Source: a virus
Taxonomy: Duplodnaviria; Caudoviricetes
IMG/VR virus record: IMGVR_UViG_3300033144_001106
Span: 1 to 50,120 of that record
Length of the DNA stretch: 50,120 bases
Strand: one strand, 5' to 3'
In this document: piece by piece, positions 19,380 to 28,315 of the stretch
How positions within the stretch are numbered: position 1 is the first letter of the stretch
How the letters are laid out: each line of letters begins with the position of its first letter
Program-made: the position numbers and the translations under genes
Notes under the pieces: model-generated
Databases searched by the model: none
Told to the model about the DNA's origin: nothing
The model's input: the letters and a program-made list of their open reading frames with translations, nothing else

Positions 19380-21209
19380 ATGAGTTGGTTACTCTCTCCG
19401 GTCGGCAGCATTGCATCAATAAATCACATTACTGATGTTACTATCACTTCTATAGCAGCAGAAGATCTGCTAGTGTGGAGTGGAAGTGCTTGGGTCAATG
19501 GGGGAGACAATTTCCTACGCCACGTTACAGCTAGCTACGACAGTGCTGATGTAAAGGTAGCCTCTAGTGCGCCCGGTGGCCCAGCTAAGGGCGACATGTG
19601 GTTCGACACTACTCCCCTTGCCTTCTTGGAAAACATTGTTGAGGACACTACACCGCAACTAGGTGGGAACTTAGAGTCCAACAGTAAGAACATCAACATG
19701 AACGACGACAAGATCAACTTCAGTGGTGCTACTACTGGGTGGTCTATACAAGCTAATGAAGCTCGTGTCATGTTGGACATTGCAGCCGACGATCCTTACA
19801 CTACAGACTACGGTATCTTCTTTGGAAGTGGTGGTTATGTAGCACTAGGAGCTGGTGATGCTACCATAGCAGGTGGCACTGGAACAGCAGCAGTGGATGG
19901 CGACACCATCCGTAATAGCATAGACATGCTGGTTGAGAATGACATAGTCAACTCTTACATAGCAGCACAGATAGGCTTCTATGCTGACAGTGTCTTTCAG
20001 TTCGGTACTAATGTACTGGATGGTGACTTCTGCTTCTATGCTAAGGAAACAAGTGGCCCGACCTATCGGTATCCGTTCTTCATTGACGTACTAGATAGGG
20101 GTGTATGGATTCAAGACCTATTCGACCTGAAGATAGGCAATGCCGGTAGCTATGGCACACGCCCTACCTCCTTCATGGACTTCAACCATGACGGCACTGA
20201 CATGAACTTCGATGCCACTGTCACTACAGACCTCAACATAACAGGGGTCACAACAGTCAACGTGCCAGCACTAGCCTCTAGTGGTGCAGTCACTGGTAGC
20301 AACTTGAACGTCGCCAACTGGGACACAGCTCACGGGTGGGGAGATCATGCCTCCGGTGGCTATGCTCCGCTTGCTGCCCCCAACTTCACGGGAACAATCG
20401 ACCTCGCAGGTGCCGCTGTCGTTCAGGCACCCGCATCTGCTTCGATCTCGAACCAGTACAACGTAACGACAAACGCTTACGACGTTGACATGCAGTACAG
20501 GATCGGCGGAACACTAACCGCTATCATGCGCTGGGACTCGAGTGCGAACTTATTTCAGTGGATGGATCGCGACCCCGCGACTGTCATACAGATGGCTCTG
20601 AACTTGGAGACAGGCGCACTCGCAGTTACAGGTGCAGTCACTGGCTCTAACCTTGCCATAGCTAACTGGAATACAGCTTACGGGTGGGGCAACCATGCCT
20701 CAACGTACTTGCCACTTGTAGGTGGTACGCTCACTGGTGAGCTCACTTTATCCCATGCGACTACCGCTAGGAGTTGGCATATCCAGACTGGCGCAACTGC
20801 CGATGAAGGCAAGTGGGCGATGTTTGCGAACAGCGACACCTTCTATTTAAGAGCATACAACGATGCCCAGTCTGCAACAGATGATGCTCTCGTCATTTCC
20901 AGATCAGCAGAGAACATCACCCAGATAGCGACGGGTGGGCATTTGGTTCTGTCGGAAAACAACCACTTCATCTATGGTAAGGATACCGGCGCTGCAACCA
21001 AGAAGTTGATCGGGCTAGACAGCAATAACATCCTCATCATTGGTGAGTCGGCTACTACTCGTGGCCTGTTTGTCCCTTCGTTCTTTATGAGGGAACGTGC
21101 AGCAGCCGAGTCGGACATTGGTGCTTACGGCCAGCTCTGGATTAAGAACACTACACCGTGTCAACTCTGGTTTACAGATGATGCTGGCACTGACACGCAG
21201 ATAGTGTAA
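19380..21209 (+). CDS. Tail fibre protein
   Basis: 609 aa; L.W.GSAWVN, EDTTPQLGGNL, two NW.TA.GWG.HA repeats, YLPL.GGTLTG motif. Confidence 0.8.
   Translation: MSWLLSPVGSIASINHITDVTITSIAAEDLLVWSGSAWVNGGDNFLRHVTASYDSADVKVASSAPGGPAKGDMWFDTTPLAFLENIVEDTTPQLGGNLESNSKNINMNDDKINFSGATTGWSIQANEARVMLDIAADDPYTTDYGIFFGSGGYVALGAGDATIAGGTGTAAVDGDTIRNSIDMLVENDIVNSYIAAQIGFYADSVFQFGTNVLDGDFCFYAKETSGPTYRYPFFIDVLDRGVWIQDLFDLKIGNAGSYGTRPTSFMDFNHDGTDMNFDATVTTDLNITGVTTVNVPALASSGAVTGSNLNVANWDTAHGWGDHASGGYAPLAAPNFTGTIDLAGAAVVQAPASASISNQYNVTTNAYDVDMQYRIGGTLTAIMRWDSSANLFQWMDRDPATVIQMALNLETGALAVTGAVTGSNLAIANWNTAYGWGNHASTYLPLVGGTLTGELTLSHATTARSWHIQTGATADEGKWAMFANSDTFYLRAYNDAQSATDDALVISRSAENITQIATGGHLVLSENNHFIYGKDTGAATKKLIGLDSNNILIIGESATTRGLFVPSFFMRERAAAESDIGAYGQLWIKNTTPCQLWFTDDAGTDTQIV
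20283..20701 (+). repeat. Imperfect 71-bp direct repeat (20283-20353 and 20631-20701) in tail fibre
   Basis: GAVTGSNLNVANWDTAHGWGDHAS vs GAVTGSNLAIANWNTAYGWGNHAS with nucleotide similarity. Confidence 0.85.
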
Positions 21210-22210
21210 TGGGCATAGCAAAGGTATGGGACGGGTCACAGTGGGTAGTAGCCTTACTTAAGACTTACACTGGTTCTGCGTGGACAGACGGAAGGACACA
21301 CTTCTGGGATGGCGACAATCAGATCACACTGTATGGTGGTGACAATCTGGGTTCGAACTGGCCTGCTCCGAATGCCTTTACTTTGACTACGACATGGACA
21401 GATGCTGGCTCAGACCTAGATGGTCTGCTTGACGTTATGGCTACCCGGAAGTGGCACTCCTTCGGCTGGTCAGGTGATGGGGTTCATGTGATCTATGGCA
21501 ACTCATCAGATGATAATAGATATACTGCTACGTGCAGCACACCGTGGGATCCTTCAACGGCTACCCCTAGTGGGTCTGTCTTTCTAAAAGCAACTGCCCC
21601 CGGTCAGAACCCTCATAATCTGCACTTTATACTCGGTGGGCTGACCTTCTGTGAAGTCTCGTCAAATGACACATACCGAACGTACACTTTAGCTACACCA
21701 TACTTAATGTTAGCAGATCCTACTCCTGTTAGTAGTGATGCCTCAGAGTTCGAACTGTTTGGGGCTAGTGATACCAGTGATCCTGAGTTCAGCATCCTTG
21801 AGGATGGTTCTTACGCTGTTGGCTTCCACGAAATCTCCAACTTGAATCGCCTTTCTATCATACCGTTGGGGGTAGCCTTGTTAGACACAATAGGTGCTAG
21901 GATTACTTACGATATTGAGACTAATCTTGGCTATTCTTCGAATCCTAACAGTGGAGCATCGTCTATACTGCTGAGTCCAGATGGTACTACAGTTTATCAT
22001 CTAACTGGTACTAAACCAGCAACAGTGAGTCGGTTCGTAATGAGTACTCCTTTCGATCCAACGACAGCAACTTGGGATTCAGGTGAGGATCTAACAGTGG
22101 GACTAGTAGATGGAGCAACCAACATGTCCATCAGTGCCGATGGACAAACCTTAATGTTCTCTGATCTTGGTTTGGGTGCTGATTGTTTAATTATGAGGTT
22201 TGATGCTTAA
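21209..22210 (+). CDS. Putative receptor-binding beta-propeller protein
   Basis: N-terminal KVWDGSQW/YTGSAW docking motifs; STPWDPSTA/STPFDPTTA and S.DG blade repeats. Confidence 0.6.
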   Translation: MGIAKVWDGSQWVVALLKTYTGSAWTDGRTHFWDGDNQITLYGGDNLGSNWPAPNAFTLTTTWTDAGSDLDGLLDVMATRKWHSFGWSGDGVHVIYGNSSDDNRYTATCSTPWDPSTATPSGSVFLKATAPGQNPHNLHFILGGLTFCEVSSNDTYRTYTLATPYLMLADPTPVSSDASEFELFGASDTSDPEFSILEDGSYAVGFHEISNLNRLSIIPLGVALLDTIGARITYDIETNLGYSSNPNSGASSILLSPDGTTVYHLTGTKPATVSRFVMSTPFDPTTATWDSGEDLTVGLVDGATNMSISADGQTLMFSDLGLGADCLIMRFDA

Positions 22211-22219
22211 GGGGATAAT

Positions 22220-22480
22220 ATGAAGAACTTACTAGGACTAGTAGTTCTAGCGATAACACTAGGATGTGCTGCGCTTACACCAGAGGAACTGGTGGAAAGG
22301 GAAGATCGGGCATATGATAGAGAGATCAAGCTAGAGAAGTATGAAGCATGGGCAGCCGCATGTAAGAGGGGGAATGGGATAATCTATGTCCAAGGACGCA
22401 TGTTCCGTGGTATGCCCTCGAAAGGAGCAAGAGTACAGTGCATCAGTAAGAAACAATTAGGACAATTACTCGGGAGTTAA
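22220..22480 (+). CDS. Lipoprotein
   Basis: Signal peptide with lipobox-like TLGC. Confidence 0.65.
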   Translation: MKNLLGLVVLAITLGCAALTPEELVEREDRAYDREIKLEKYEAWAAACKRGNGIIYVQGRMFRGMPSKGARVQCISKKQLGQLLGS

Positions 22481-22481
22481 T

Positions 22482-22646
22482 ATGTTAGACCAAAGAGACA
22501 TTCAGTTTCTACAAGATTGTATAAATAGAGCACCTATGACTGGCATCCAGTCTAGTGCTATGGCAGTACAGACATTCCAGAAGTTGCAAGCAATGCAGCA
22601 GGAGCAAGCAAATGAGACACCAGCAGAAGAAGTGGTATCAGAGTAG
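22482..22646 (+). CDS. Small hypothetical protein (54 aa, MLDQRDIQFLQ...)
   Basis: Translated manually; RBS GGGAG; fills the gap between neighbours. Confidence 0.55.
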   Translation: MLDQRDIQFLQDCINRAPMTGIQSSAMAVQTFQKLQAMQQEQANETPAEEVVSE

Positions 22647-22809
22647 GACAGTGTGGCTTAACATAGCCACCTGTGTAGCAGGGGCTTCGCCCCTACTTGC
22701 TAACTTCACCGGACTTATCAGCCCGTTGACGTACGCTATCCTATTGACAGCAGTAGGCATGGCGAACATAGCCTTGCGGTTCCTTACTGAACAGGGGATT
22801 GAGAAATGA
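22612..22809 (+). CDS. Putative holin
   Basis: KKWYQSRTVW.N start, two TM segments, LRFLT end; start refined to ATG 22612 after GGAG. Confidence 0.7.
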   Translation: MRHQQKKWYQSRTVWLNIATCVAGASPLLANFTGLISPLTYAILLTAVGMANIALRFLTEQGIEK

Positions 22810-23198
22810 CACGATGGGAGAGACTACGAAAGAGAATCCGTAGTTGGGGAGCTAAGATCAAGAGGTGGTTCTTAGCTGTCTTAGCCAGCTTAGGGTTGGT
22901 AACCGCTGCTATTATCGCAGCTGGCCCCATTACGTACACGGCAGCCACTGAGTATGAGGATGGAACTCCTCTTCCGCTGGCGGAAATAGCAGAGACTAGG
23001 TTGTACTGTAATGGTAACCTTGAATTAACAGAGCTTGGAGCTGATGGGGAGTTTGACATAGTGTTACCAGTAGGTGATAACATCTGTTACGCTACTCACG
23101 TTGCCACTAACGGGCAAGAGTCTGAGCCTAGCAACTCCATCACTGTAAAGGTGATGTCGTCGGCTAAGCCTAACGCTCCCGTGTCGTTGACACGGTGA
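22806..23198 (+). CDS. Membrane-anchored fibronectin type III-like protein
   Basis: Basic N-terminus plus TM, then EDGTPL...E....LY...ES.PSN, P.AP FN3-like signature. Confidence 0.55.
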   Translation: MTRWERLRKRIRSWGAKIKRWFLAVLASLGLVTAAIIAAGPITYTAATEYEDGTPLPLAEIAETRLYCNGNLELTELGADGEFDIVLPVGDNICYATHVATNGQESEPSNSITVKVMSSAKPNAPVSLTR

Positions 23199-23470
23199 TA
23201 GGATTCACTGCTAAACTCTATGCTATAGGAGCCGCCTTGATGGCGGCCATAGCTTTCTTCGTTAGGTTCCAAGCTGTCAAGAACCAGAGAGACAGAGCAA
23301 GAGAACAGAGAGACGTACTGAAGGTACGTCATACTGTTATCAAAGAACAAAGAAAGATCAAAAGAAAAGAAGAGAAGAGACTTGTCGAAGACAAGGCTTC
23401 TATAGAGAAAGAACTTAACAAAGAAGAGTTCGAGGGGATTGACAACTTGACAGATTCTAATGACTATTAA
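23195..23470 (+). CDS. i-spanin (Rz-like)
   Basis: N-terminal TM plus charged coiled coil, followed by an overlapping lipoprotein. Confidence 0.7.
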   Translation: MIGFTAKLYAIGAALMAAIAFFVRFQAVKNQRDRAREQRDVLKVRHTVIKEQRKIKRKEEKRLVEDKASIEKELNKEEFEGIDNLTDSNDY

Positions 23471-23726
23471 GATTGTACTACCTTTACTCGTTGCACTTGC
23501 CTTGATGGGCGGTTGTGTCCATACAATGCCCGAACCGCCGATTTGTGTGCCGGTTCGTCAGCTACTGGTGAACTTATCAGTCGAAGATCAACAGAGTATA
23601 CTGGATCTTGTTGGGCGTAATGCACTCTCAACCATAGCAACCAACGACTCAGTACTAAAGAGTCGTGTCCGTCTGTTAGAGGGATTGATTGAGGCCCATG
23701 ACTCCCCACTAGAGAGCTGCGACTAG
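23460..23726 (+). CDS. o-spanin (Rz1-like lipoprotein)
   Basis: Lipobox-like MGGC, Pro-rich linker, overlaps i-spanin. Confidence 0.7.
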   Translation: MTIKIVLPLLVALALMGGCVHTMPEPPICVPVRQLLVNLSVEDQQSILDLVGRNALSTIATNDSVLKSRVRLLEGLIEAHDSPLESCD

Positions 23727-23728
23727 CC

Positions 23729-24031
23729 ATGATCTGCATACCCACTAGCTTTCAACTCGCTGGCCGTACTTGGGTCGTCGAACAGCACGAACTCATCGAC
23801 GGTAATCCCGATCTCTACGGTGACTGTGATGGGTCGGAGTGCGTCATCAGACTCAAGACTGGTGTCAGGCCTGAGGTCTTGCAACACACCTTCTATCATG
23901 AACTTACTCATGCTATTTGTTTCTCCTTAGGTTGGGAGGACATGAACGAGGACGAGGGTAAAGTAGATGCCCTCGCCAACGTCATGCTCCAGTTCCTCAA
24001 GACTAAGAGGGGCAAGGTCACCAGCCTCTAG
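23729..24031 (+). CDS. Small zincin-like HExxH metalloprotein
   Basis: TFYHELTHA...E..VD motif. Confidence 0.65.
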   Translation: MICIPTSFQLAGRTWVVEQHELIDGNPDLYGDCDGSECVIRLKTGVRPEVLQHTFYHELTHAICFSLGWEDMNEDEGKVDALANVMLQFLKTKRGKVTSL

Positions 24032-24197
24032 TATACCGTCGCTTCAAGCTACGGTATAGGTTCATCTGCGGATTAACTCGCCGCTTGAACATCAAGTTGT
24101 TTGTTTCCTTGTCAACGTACAACCCGCTATCGCTAGCGGATGTAGGTTTCTTGATCTCCAGCAGCTTTCTTAAAGATCTTGCCTGCTTCCCGTTCAT
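24018..24197 (-). CDS. Small basic hypothetical protein
   Basis: MNGKQARSLRK...YRSLKRRY; start refined to 24197 after GGAG. Confidence 0.6.
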   Translation of the reverse strand: MNGKQARSLRKLLEIKKPTSASDSGLYVDKETNNLMFKRRVNPQMNLYRSLKRRYTRGW

Positions 24198-24435
24198 TAG
24201 AACAATACTCCAGTCCGAAATCAAACGTGTTAATATAATGCACATACTGCTGCTGTGTCAGTGAACAGTTGAAGTCTGCCTTACACAGTAGGTACGCCCT
24301 CACTTCCTTCGCTGCTTCCACACACAGTACAGACGTAGTAGGGACAGGAGGAGTATCCTCCATCCTTATCTGCCCCATCCAATACATCCAACTCCCAAAG
24401 GCTAGGCAGAGTAACAGAAGTCCAAGCTCTTTCAT
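24133..24435 (-). CDS. Hypothetical exported/membrane protein
   Basis: N-terminal hydrophobic segment, several Cys. Confidence 0.55.
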   Translation of the reverse strand: MKELGLLLLCLAFGSWMYWMGQIRMEDTPPVPTTSVLCVEAAKEVRAYLLCKADFNCSLTQQQYVHYINTFDFGLEYCSNEREAGKIFKKAAGDQETYIR

Positions 24436-24791
24436 TCGGTCACTATTACTGGCGCACTGTCGGCTTCTTCAAGCTCATCTTCAGTGAAGCTACCAGTACC
24501 CACTTCCTCGTCGTCCAGTACCGTGACAGTAAGCCACGTACCCGGAGCGTATACGAACCAGCGTACATCCGTCTCTAATCTAGCAGAGAATGCAGCATGG
24601 TACTTAGAGCGGAAGATCATCAGATCACCTGCTGGCCCTACTCCCCATGAGAACTTTACATCGTCGTTTGATGTCCACTCGTCAGGTAATTCACAACCGA
24701 CTAGTGCTATCTCGAACGCCTTTCCTTCTATCTTTGCTTGGTCAATCACATGTCTCTCCTTAGGTAGCCTTGCCACCCTTGCGTCTATCAT
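24432..24791 (-). CDS. Hypothetical protein
   Basis: 119 aa, coupled to neighbours. Confidence 0.6.
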   Translation of the reverse strand: MIDARVARLPKERHVIDQAKIEGKAFEIALVGCELPDEWTSNDDVKFSWGVGPAGDLMIFRSKYHAAFSARLETDVRWFVYAPGTWLTVTVLDDEEVGTGSFTEDELEEADSAPVIVTE

Positions 24792-25011
24792 TTGCGAAAC
24801 TCTGTATCTTCTTTGCTGACGGCAAAGCCATACCTTTGTGTACGAGATCGAACGGGTCTTTCGCCCGGTCTATCCCCTGTACCCTCGGCATCAACGTCTT
24901 TGTGTTCCCCGAGTAACACCTCGGGCACTGTACCCACTCGTCGAAGGCTTTGGATTGATCCCACGTATGGCCGCACCCCTCCTCCAGACATCTTACTTCG
25001 AACCTTGGCAT
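24760..25011 (-). CDS. FmdB-like zinc-ribbon protein
   Basis: MP.FE..C...CGH...CP.C.S....L pattern; RBS AGGAG. Confidence 0.7.
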   Translation of the reverse strand: MPRFEVRCLEEGCGHTWDQSKAFDEWVQCPRCYSGNTKTLMPRVQGIDRAKDPFDLVHKGMALPSAKKIQSFANDRRKGGKAT

Positions 25012-25204
25012 CGAACATTCTCCTTATGATGTAACTTAATACGATTGAGGTAACAGCAAAGTATGCTGTCATCTGTATGTTCACCGCTAGTGGGATTGCT
25101 ATGCCCCACCACGGCAGTATGAATTGGTATGATAAGAAGCTTACACTCACTCCCCGTAGGAACTGAACGCCTGTCTCTAGCACAGACCAGCCTCTAGTTT
25201 GCAC
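24788..25204 (-). CDS. Small two-TM phage membrane protein (DUF7220-like) with long C-terminal extension
   Basis: MQT...S..E....G...S......P..G....N......F...S....Y..RR.F pattern. Confidence 0.55.
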   Translation of the reverse strand: MQTRGWSVLETGVQFLRGVSVSFLSYQFILPWWGIAIPLAVNIQMTAYFAVTSIVLSYIIRRMFDAKVRSKMSGGGVRPYVGSIQSLRRVGTVPEVLLGEHKDVDAEGTGDRPGERPVRSRTQRYGFAVSKEDTEFRK

Positions 25205-25664
25205 TGCCTATCCCCTTGAATGGGTCGATGTGCTTACCCATGTACTCCCGGTGTCTATCCGCATCATACGGTACACCGAGGAACTCACAGATGGCCTCCA
25301 TTTCTGAGTCAAGCTCCACGTAAGCAACGTGGAAAGCCCCGTCAATACATGTCATCCAGTCCTCACTCAAGTCTAGGACATGAGTGAAGTCCTCGAACTC
25401 ACCACAGTTGACAAGGCTACGTTCTACCTCATCACGCCTACGGTGTATGATCACGACCTTAGCACCTTGTGGTATCAGGTCAGGCATACAAGCCAGCCCA
25501 CTGTCCGAGTTACCTACGTGGTCGTACCCTTCGTTATCCTTGGCAGACAGGCTACGTTGCCAGAACAGTCCCTCATGATAGCACTGCGTCCTGCCAGTGC
25601 TAAGGAACGCTGCCATCCAAGCAGTCCTACTGCGTGGGAACCCTGTAATAATAAACTTATCCAT
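25194..25664 (-). CDS. Sulfotransferase-like P-loop protein
   Basis: FIITGFPRSRTAW...L, HE, KVVIIHR...V..S, V.Y.EL, ICEFLG match the sulfotransferase-family pattern. Confidence 0.65.
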   Translation of the reverse strand: MDKFIITGFPRSRTAWMAAFLSTGRTQCYHEGLFWQRSLSAKDNEGYDHVGNSDSGLACMPDLIPQGAKVVIIHRRRDEVERSLVNCGEFEDFTHVLDLSEDWMTCIDGAFHVAYVELDSEMEAICEFLGVPYDADRHREYMGKHIDPFKGIGSAN

Positions 25665-26196
25665 CCTTGATCCTCTCGCTGATTAGTCCCATCATCCTAT
25701 GATACTCGATGGGGTGATAAGGCTCAGGCAGATGCTCGGCACATGTGTTGAAGTATGTAGCCGGGGATAGCACATTCCCATTGTGATCAACCATCGGCGG
25801 AGTAACATCCGTTGGGCCACTCCTATGACAGTGCCCATGTACGTTCGACCTACCATACAACTCTTGTGGGTGGATAGGTGCATGAGTTAGCCACATTCCT
25901 TTGTACTTGAACATCCCGTAGACTTGCTGGAAATGCTCAAGGTAAGCGTCGGTGGGCAGTAGGTCATGGTTCCCTCGGATAAGAACTTTCGTGCCTGCCA
26001 ACGAGCCAACTGATTCGAGACCGTCCACCGTGAAGGCGACATCCCCCATAACATAGACAATGTCCCGTTTCCTAATCGTAGTATTCCACTTAGCGATGAT
26101 ATGTTCTCTGTGCTCAAGCTCAGTGTCGAAGGGACGGAACCTTGTGATCCTTTCATGGCCGAAATGCAGATCTCCGATAAAGTAGACATGACTCAT
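25657..26196 (-). CDS. Calcineurin-like metallophosphoesterase
   Basis: DLHFGH, GD, GNHD, H, HGH.H motifs. Confidence 0.9.
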   Translation of the reverse strand: MSHVYFIGDLHFGHERITRFRPFDTELEHREHIIAKWNTTIRKRDIVYVMGDVAFTVDGLESVGSLAGTKVLIRGNHDLLPTDAYLEHFQQVYGMFKYKGMWLTHAPIHPQELYGRSNVHGHCHRSGPTDVTPPMVDHNGNVLSPATYFNTCAEHLPEPYHPIEYHRMMGLISERIKDG

Positions 26197-26429
26197 ATAT
26201 CCTCCATAGTGTGCTCTAGTGAGCCGTCATCGTACCAGCACACCGCATCAAGCATTTCCCACACCATAGGTGGTGCGTTCCATACCCTGCGGTGTGGTAG
26301 GTACAGGTGTCCCTCCATGAGGGCGCAGTCAGCTACGAACAGTTGATAGGCATGCTCTATGTCAACTATCCTCGGGGATGATGTACACCCGCAGAGGGTG
26401 ACACAGAGCAGTACGAGTAGTGCTTTCAT
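26193..26429 (-). CDS. Small lipoprotein
   Basis: Lipobox LCGC. Confidence 0.6.
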   Translation of the reverse strand: MKALLVLLCVTLCGCTSSPRIVDIEHAYQLFVADCALMEGHLYLPHRRVWNAPPMVWEMLDAVCWYDDGSLEHTMEDI

Positions 26430-26581
26430 CCAAAGTTCTCCTCAATGAACTCCGTCGCCTCCTCATGGAAGGCTTCGAGTATCTGGTTTGTTGTCAAGTT
26501 AAGGTCGGATACCAACTGATCCGGGTCTAACGCCCGGAGGTTGTCATAGTGGTACATGTAGTCTTGCGGTGTTATAGGCAT
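26426..26581 (-). CDS. Small acidic hypothetical protein (51 aa, MPITPQDY...)
   Basis: Translated manually; start and stop overlap both neighbours. Confidence 0.6.
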   Translation of the reverse strand: MPITPQDYMYHYDNLRALDPDQLVSDLNLTTNQILEAFHEEATEFIEENFG

Positions 26582-27342
26582 TAGTTAGCCCTCACTAGTA
26601 CGTTCTCGCTTGTTTGTTTCTCTTGTGTCCGACGACGTAGCCATGTGCCACAGGTACTGCAACGGAACCTCTTGTATACTGAGGTCTTGGTCTTGTACGT
26701 GCCTCTGCTCTGCACATCAGTACTCGAGCAATGACTACACGTAGGCTTAATCGTGGTTGTGTGCAACCCTGCATTAGGGTGCGTCTTGATCCACGGTAGC
26801 ATGAACTTGTACAGCTTGGGCAGTAACACTACGTCCTGCCTGTTGTACTTCTCCATCATCTTCCATGCCTTCTCGTCACCATCCATGCAGTCATACCATA
26901 GCTCGATACCTACGTGCTTGACCTTCTTGCCTAGTCCAAAGTACCGGCAGACAAAGTCAAGTTTATTGCTTGCCATCCTGAAGTTTGCCCTGACCGCAGT
27001 AAGTAAGTCCACTTGTGAATAAGGCGAAGGGGGAGTTCTTCCTTGCAACGCAAACTCTCTGTTAATGTGCTTGATGTCGAAGGACTTACCGTTATAGTGG
27101 ACGACCGCTTCTGCTTCGTCGAGCAACTCCCACAGTCGTCCAATATGGTCATCGTCACCGACCTTCCGAAATATGACATCACGTTCTCCTTCCCACTTAG
27201 CTGCCCAACATAGCATCTGCGTTGGTTCTGACAGTTGGTTAATAGGTATGTACTTGGGAAACAGATTCCAGAACGACCCCTTATGTGGGGTCGTCTCGAT
27301 GTCCAAGTACAGCATACGTACTGGGCTCTTAACTCTTGGCAT
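26581..27342 (-). CDS. RNase H-like (DEDD) 3'-5' exonuclease with C-terminal zinc ribbon
   Basis: DIET, YNG..FD, YN..DV motifs; CxxC...CxxC; start refined to 27342. Confidence 0.85.
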   Translation of the reverse strand: MPRVKSPVRMLYLDIETTPHKGSFWNLFPKYIPINQLSEPTQMLCWAAKWEGERDVIFRKVGDDDHIGRLWELLDEAEAVVHYNGKSFDIKHINREFALQGRTPPSPYSQVDLLTAVRANFRMASNKLDFVCRYFGLGKKVKHVGIELWYDCMDGDEKAWKMMEKYNRQDVVLLPKLYKFMLPWIKTHPNAGLHTTTIKPTCSHCSSTDVQSRGTYKTKTSVYKRFRCSTCGTWLRRRTQEKQTSENVLVRAN

Positions 27343-27652
27343 TGTCACTCTCCTTGAAGGCCTTGTTGTACTCATCAGCCTCTGTAATAGCCTTCAACAT
27401 GTACTCCTCGAAGGCATCCAGTTCCTTCCGCATAGCCCGGACAGGACGTAAGTCAGCCCTCCGTGATACGTAGTGGTTCCTTGCTTCCTCAGTCTGACTC
27501 ATTTCACCATGTGCGCAAGCCTCCCAAGTACCCTTCTCTTTCTGTTCCCAATACTCAAGCGATACTGTCCAGCCTACGGCTGCCATGCAGTCGTTGTTAG
27601 GTGGTTGCAAGAACTTCTTACTTGCCTTCCGCCATCCTTTAGGTTTACTCAT
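27329..27652 (-). CDS. Hypothetical protein
   Basis: Start overlaps endonuclease stop (ATGA). Confidence 0.55.
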   Translation of the reverse strand: MSKPKGWRKASKKFLQPPNNDCMAAVGWTVSLEYWEQKEKGTWEACAHGEMSQTEEARNHYVSRRADLRPVRAMRKELDAFEEYMLKAITEADEYNKAFKESDNAKS

Positions 27653-28080
27653 TGTAGCCATTCCTCTTTCCATTCGCCTACTGAGTAGTCGAATCCATTC
27701 GCCTCACACCACATGGTGTAGGTCGTCGTGCTGTTCTTATGTATCTTGTTGTCCCTCATGAAGAGCATCTTAACGTCAAGGTCGGGGTGAGCTGCTGCCA
27801 CTGCAACCATCTTGCGCCTATCGGCGGCGGTGAAACGCCCCTTACTTTCAACGATAACGCCGTTCGCCAAGAACCAGTCCGGTGTGTACCAGCCTTCTCG
27901 TACCAAGGCATGAGAACCACAGTCTGAGCACTTAGCGAGATTCTTACGCAAGGGTTCTTCATACAGGTAAGAGTACTGTTCGTATTCATACTTGATCCCC
28001 TTCTCATCTAGCTCATCGGCCAACCGATCCTCGAACTTAGATCGGTGGCCTTTCTTAGTTACGCCCCTACGCCTCGCCAT
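27649..28080 (-). CDS. T7 endonuclease I-like Holliday junction resolvase
   Basis: RS.FE...A..L...YEYE, YTPDW.L.NG..ESKGRF...DR.K motifs. Confidence 0.9.
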   Translation of the reverse strand: MARRRGVTKKGHRSKFEDRLADELDEKGIKYEYEQYSYLYEEPLRKNLAKCSDCGSHALVREGWYTPDWFLANGVIVESKGRFTAADRRKMVAVAAAHPDLDVKMLFMRDNKIHKNSTTTYTMWCEANGFDYSVGEWKEEWLQ

Positions 28081-28315
28081 ATTCCCATTCCTTTAGGAGG
28101 TTCAGGTAGTGGATAGCCTTGTCAATGTCCTGCTCACCACCCTTAATGTGGTGACGACAGATGTACTTGATAGCGTTGCCCTCAAGCCACGACAAGCCGT
28201 TCTTGTATATGAACTCCGAGGGTTGTATCTTGCATGAGGCATAGTGATTACCACCTACCTGCTCCTTGCTGGCTGGTGTGTGTCTGTCCAGCGAGTGAGG
28301 CAGTCCGAAAGCCAT
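28067..28315 (-). CDS. DUF3310-like protein (T7 gp1.7 nucleotide kinase-related)
   Basis: QVGGNHY...IQP.EFI...EGNAIKY..R...KGG..D..KA.HY. Confidence 0.8.
   Translation of the reverse strand: MAFGLPHSLDRHTPASKEQVGGNHYASCKIQPSEFIYKNGLSWLEGNAIKYICRHHIKGGEQDIDKAIHYLNLLKEWEYGEA

Noticed and set aside
415-23911. Numerous antisense ORFs in the structural arm (and + strand ORFs within 24.2-42.8 kb)
   Set aside because: Shadows of real genes on the opposite strand, with no RBS and no recognisable motifs.
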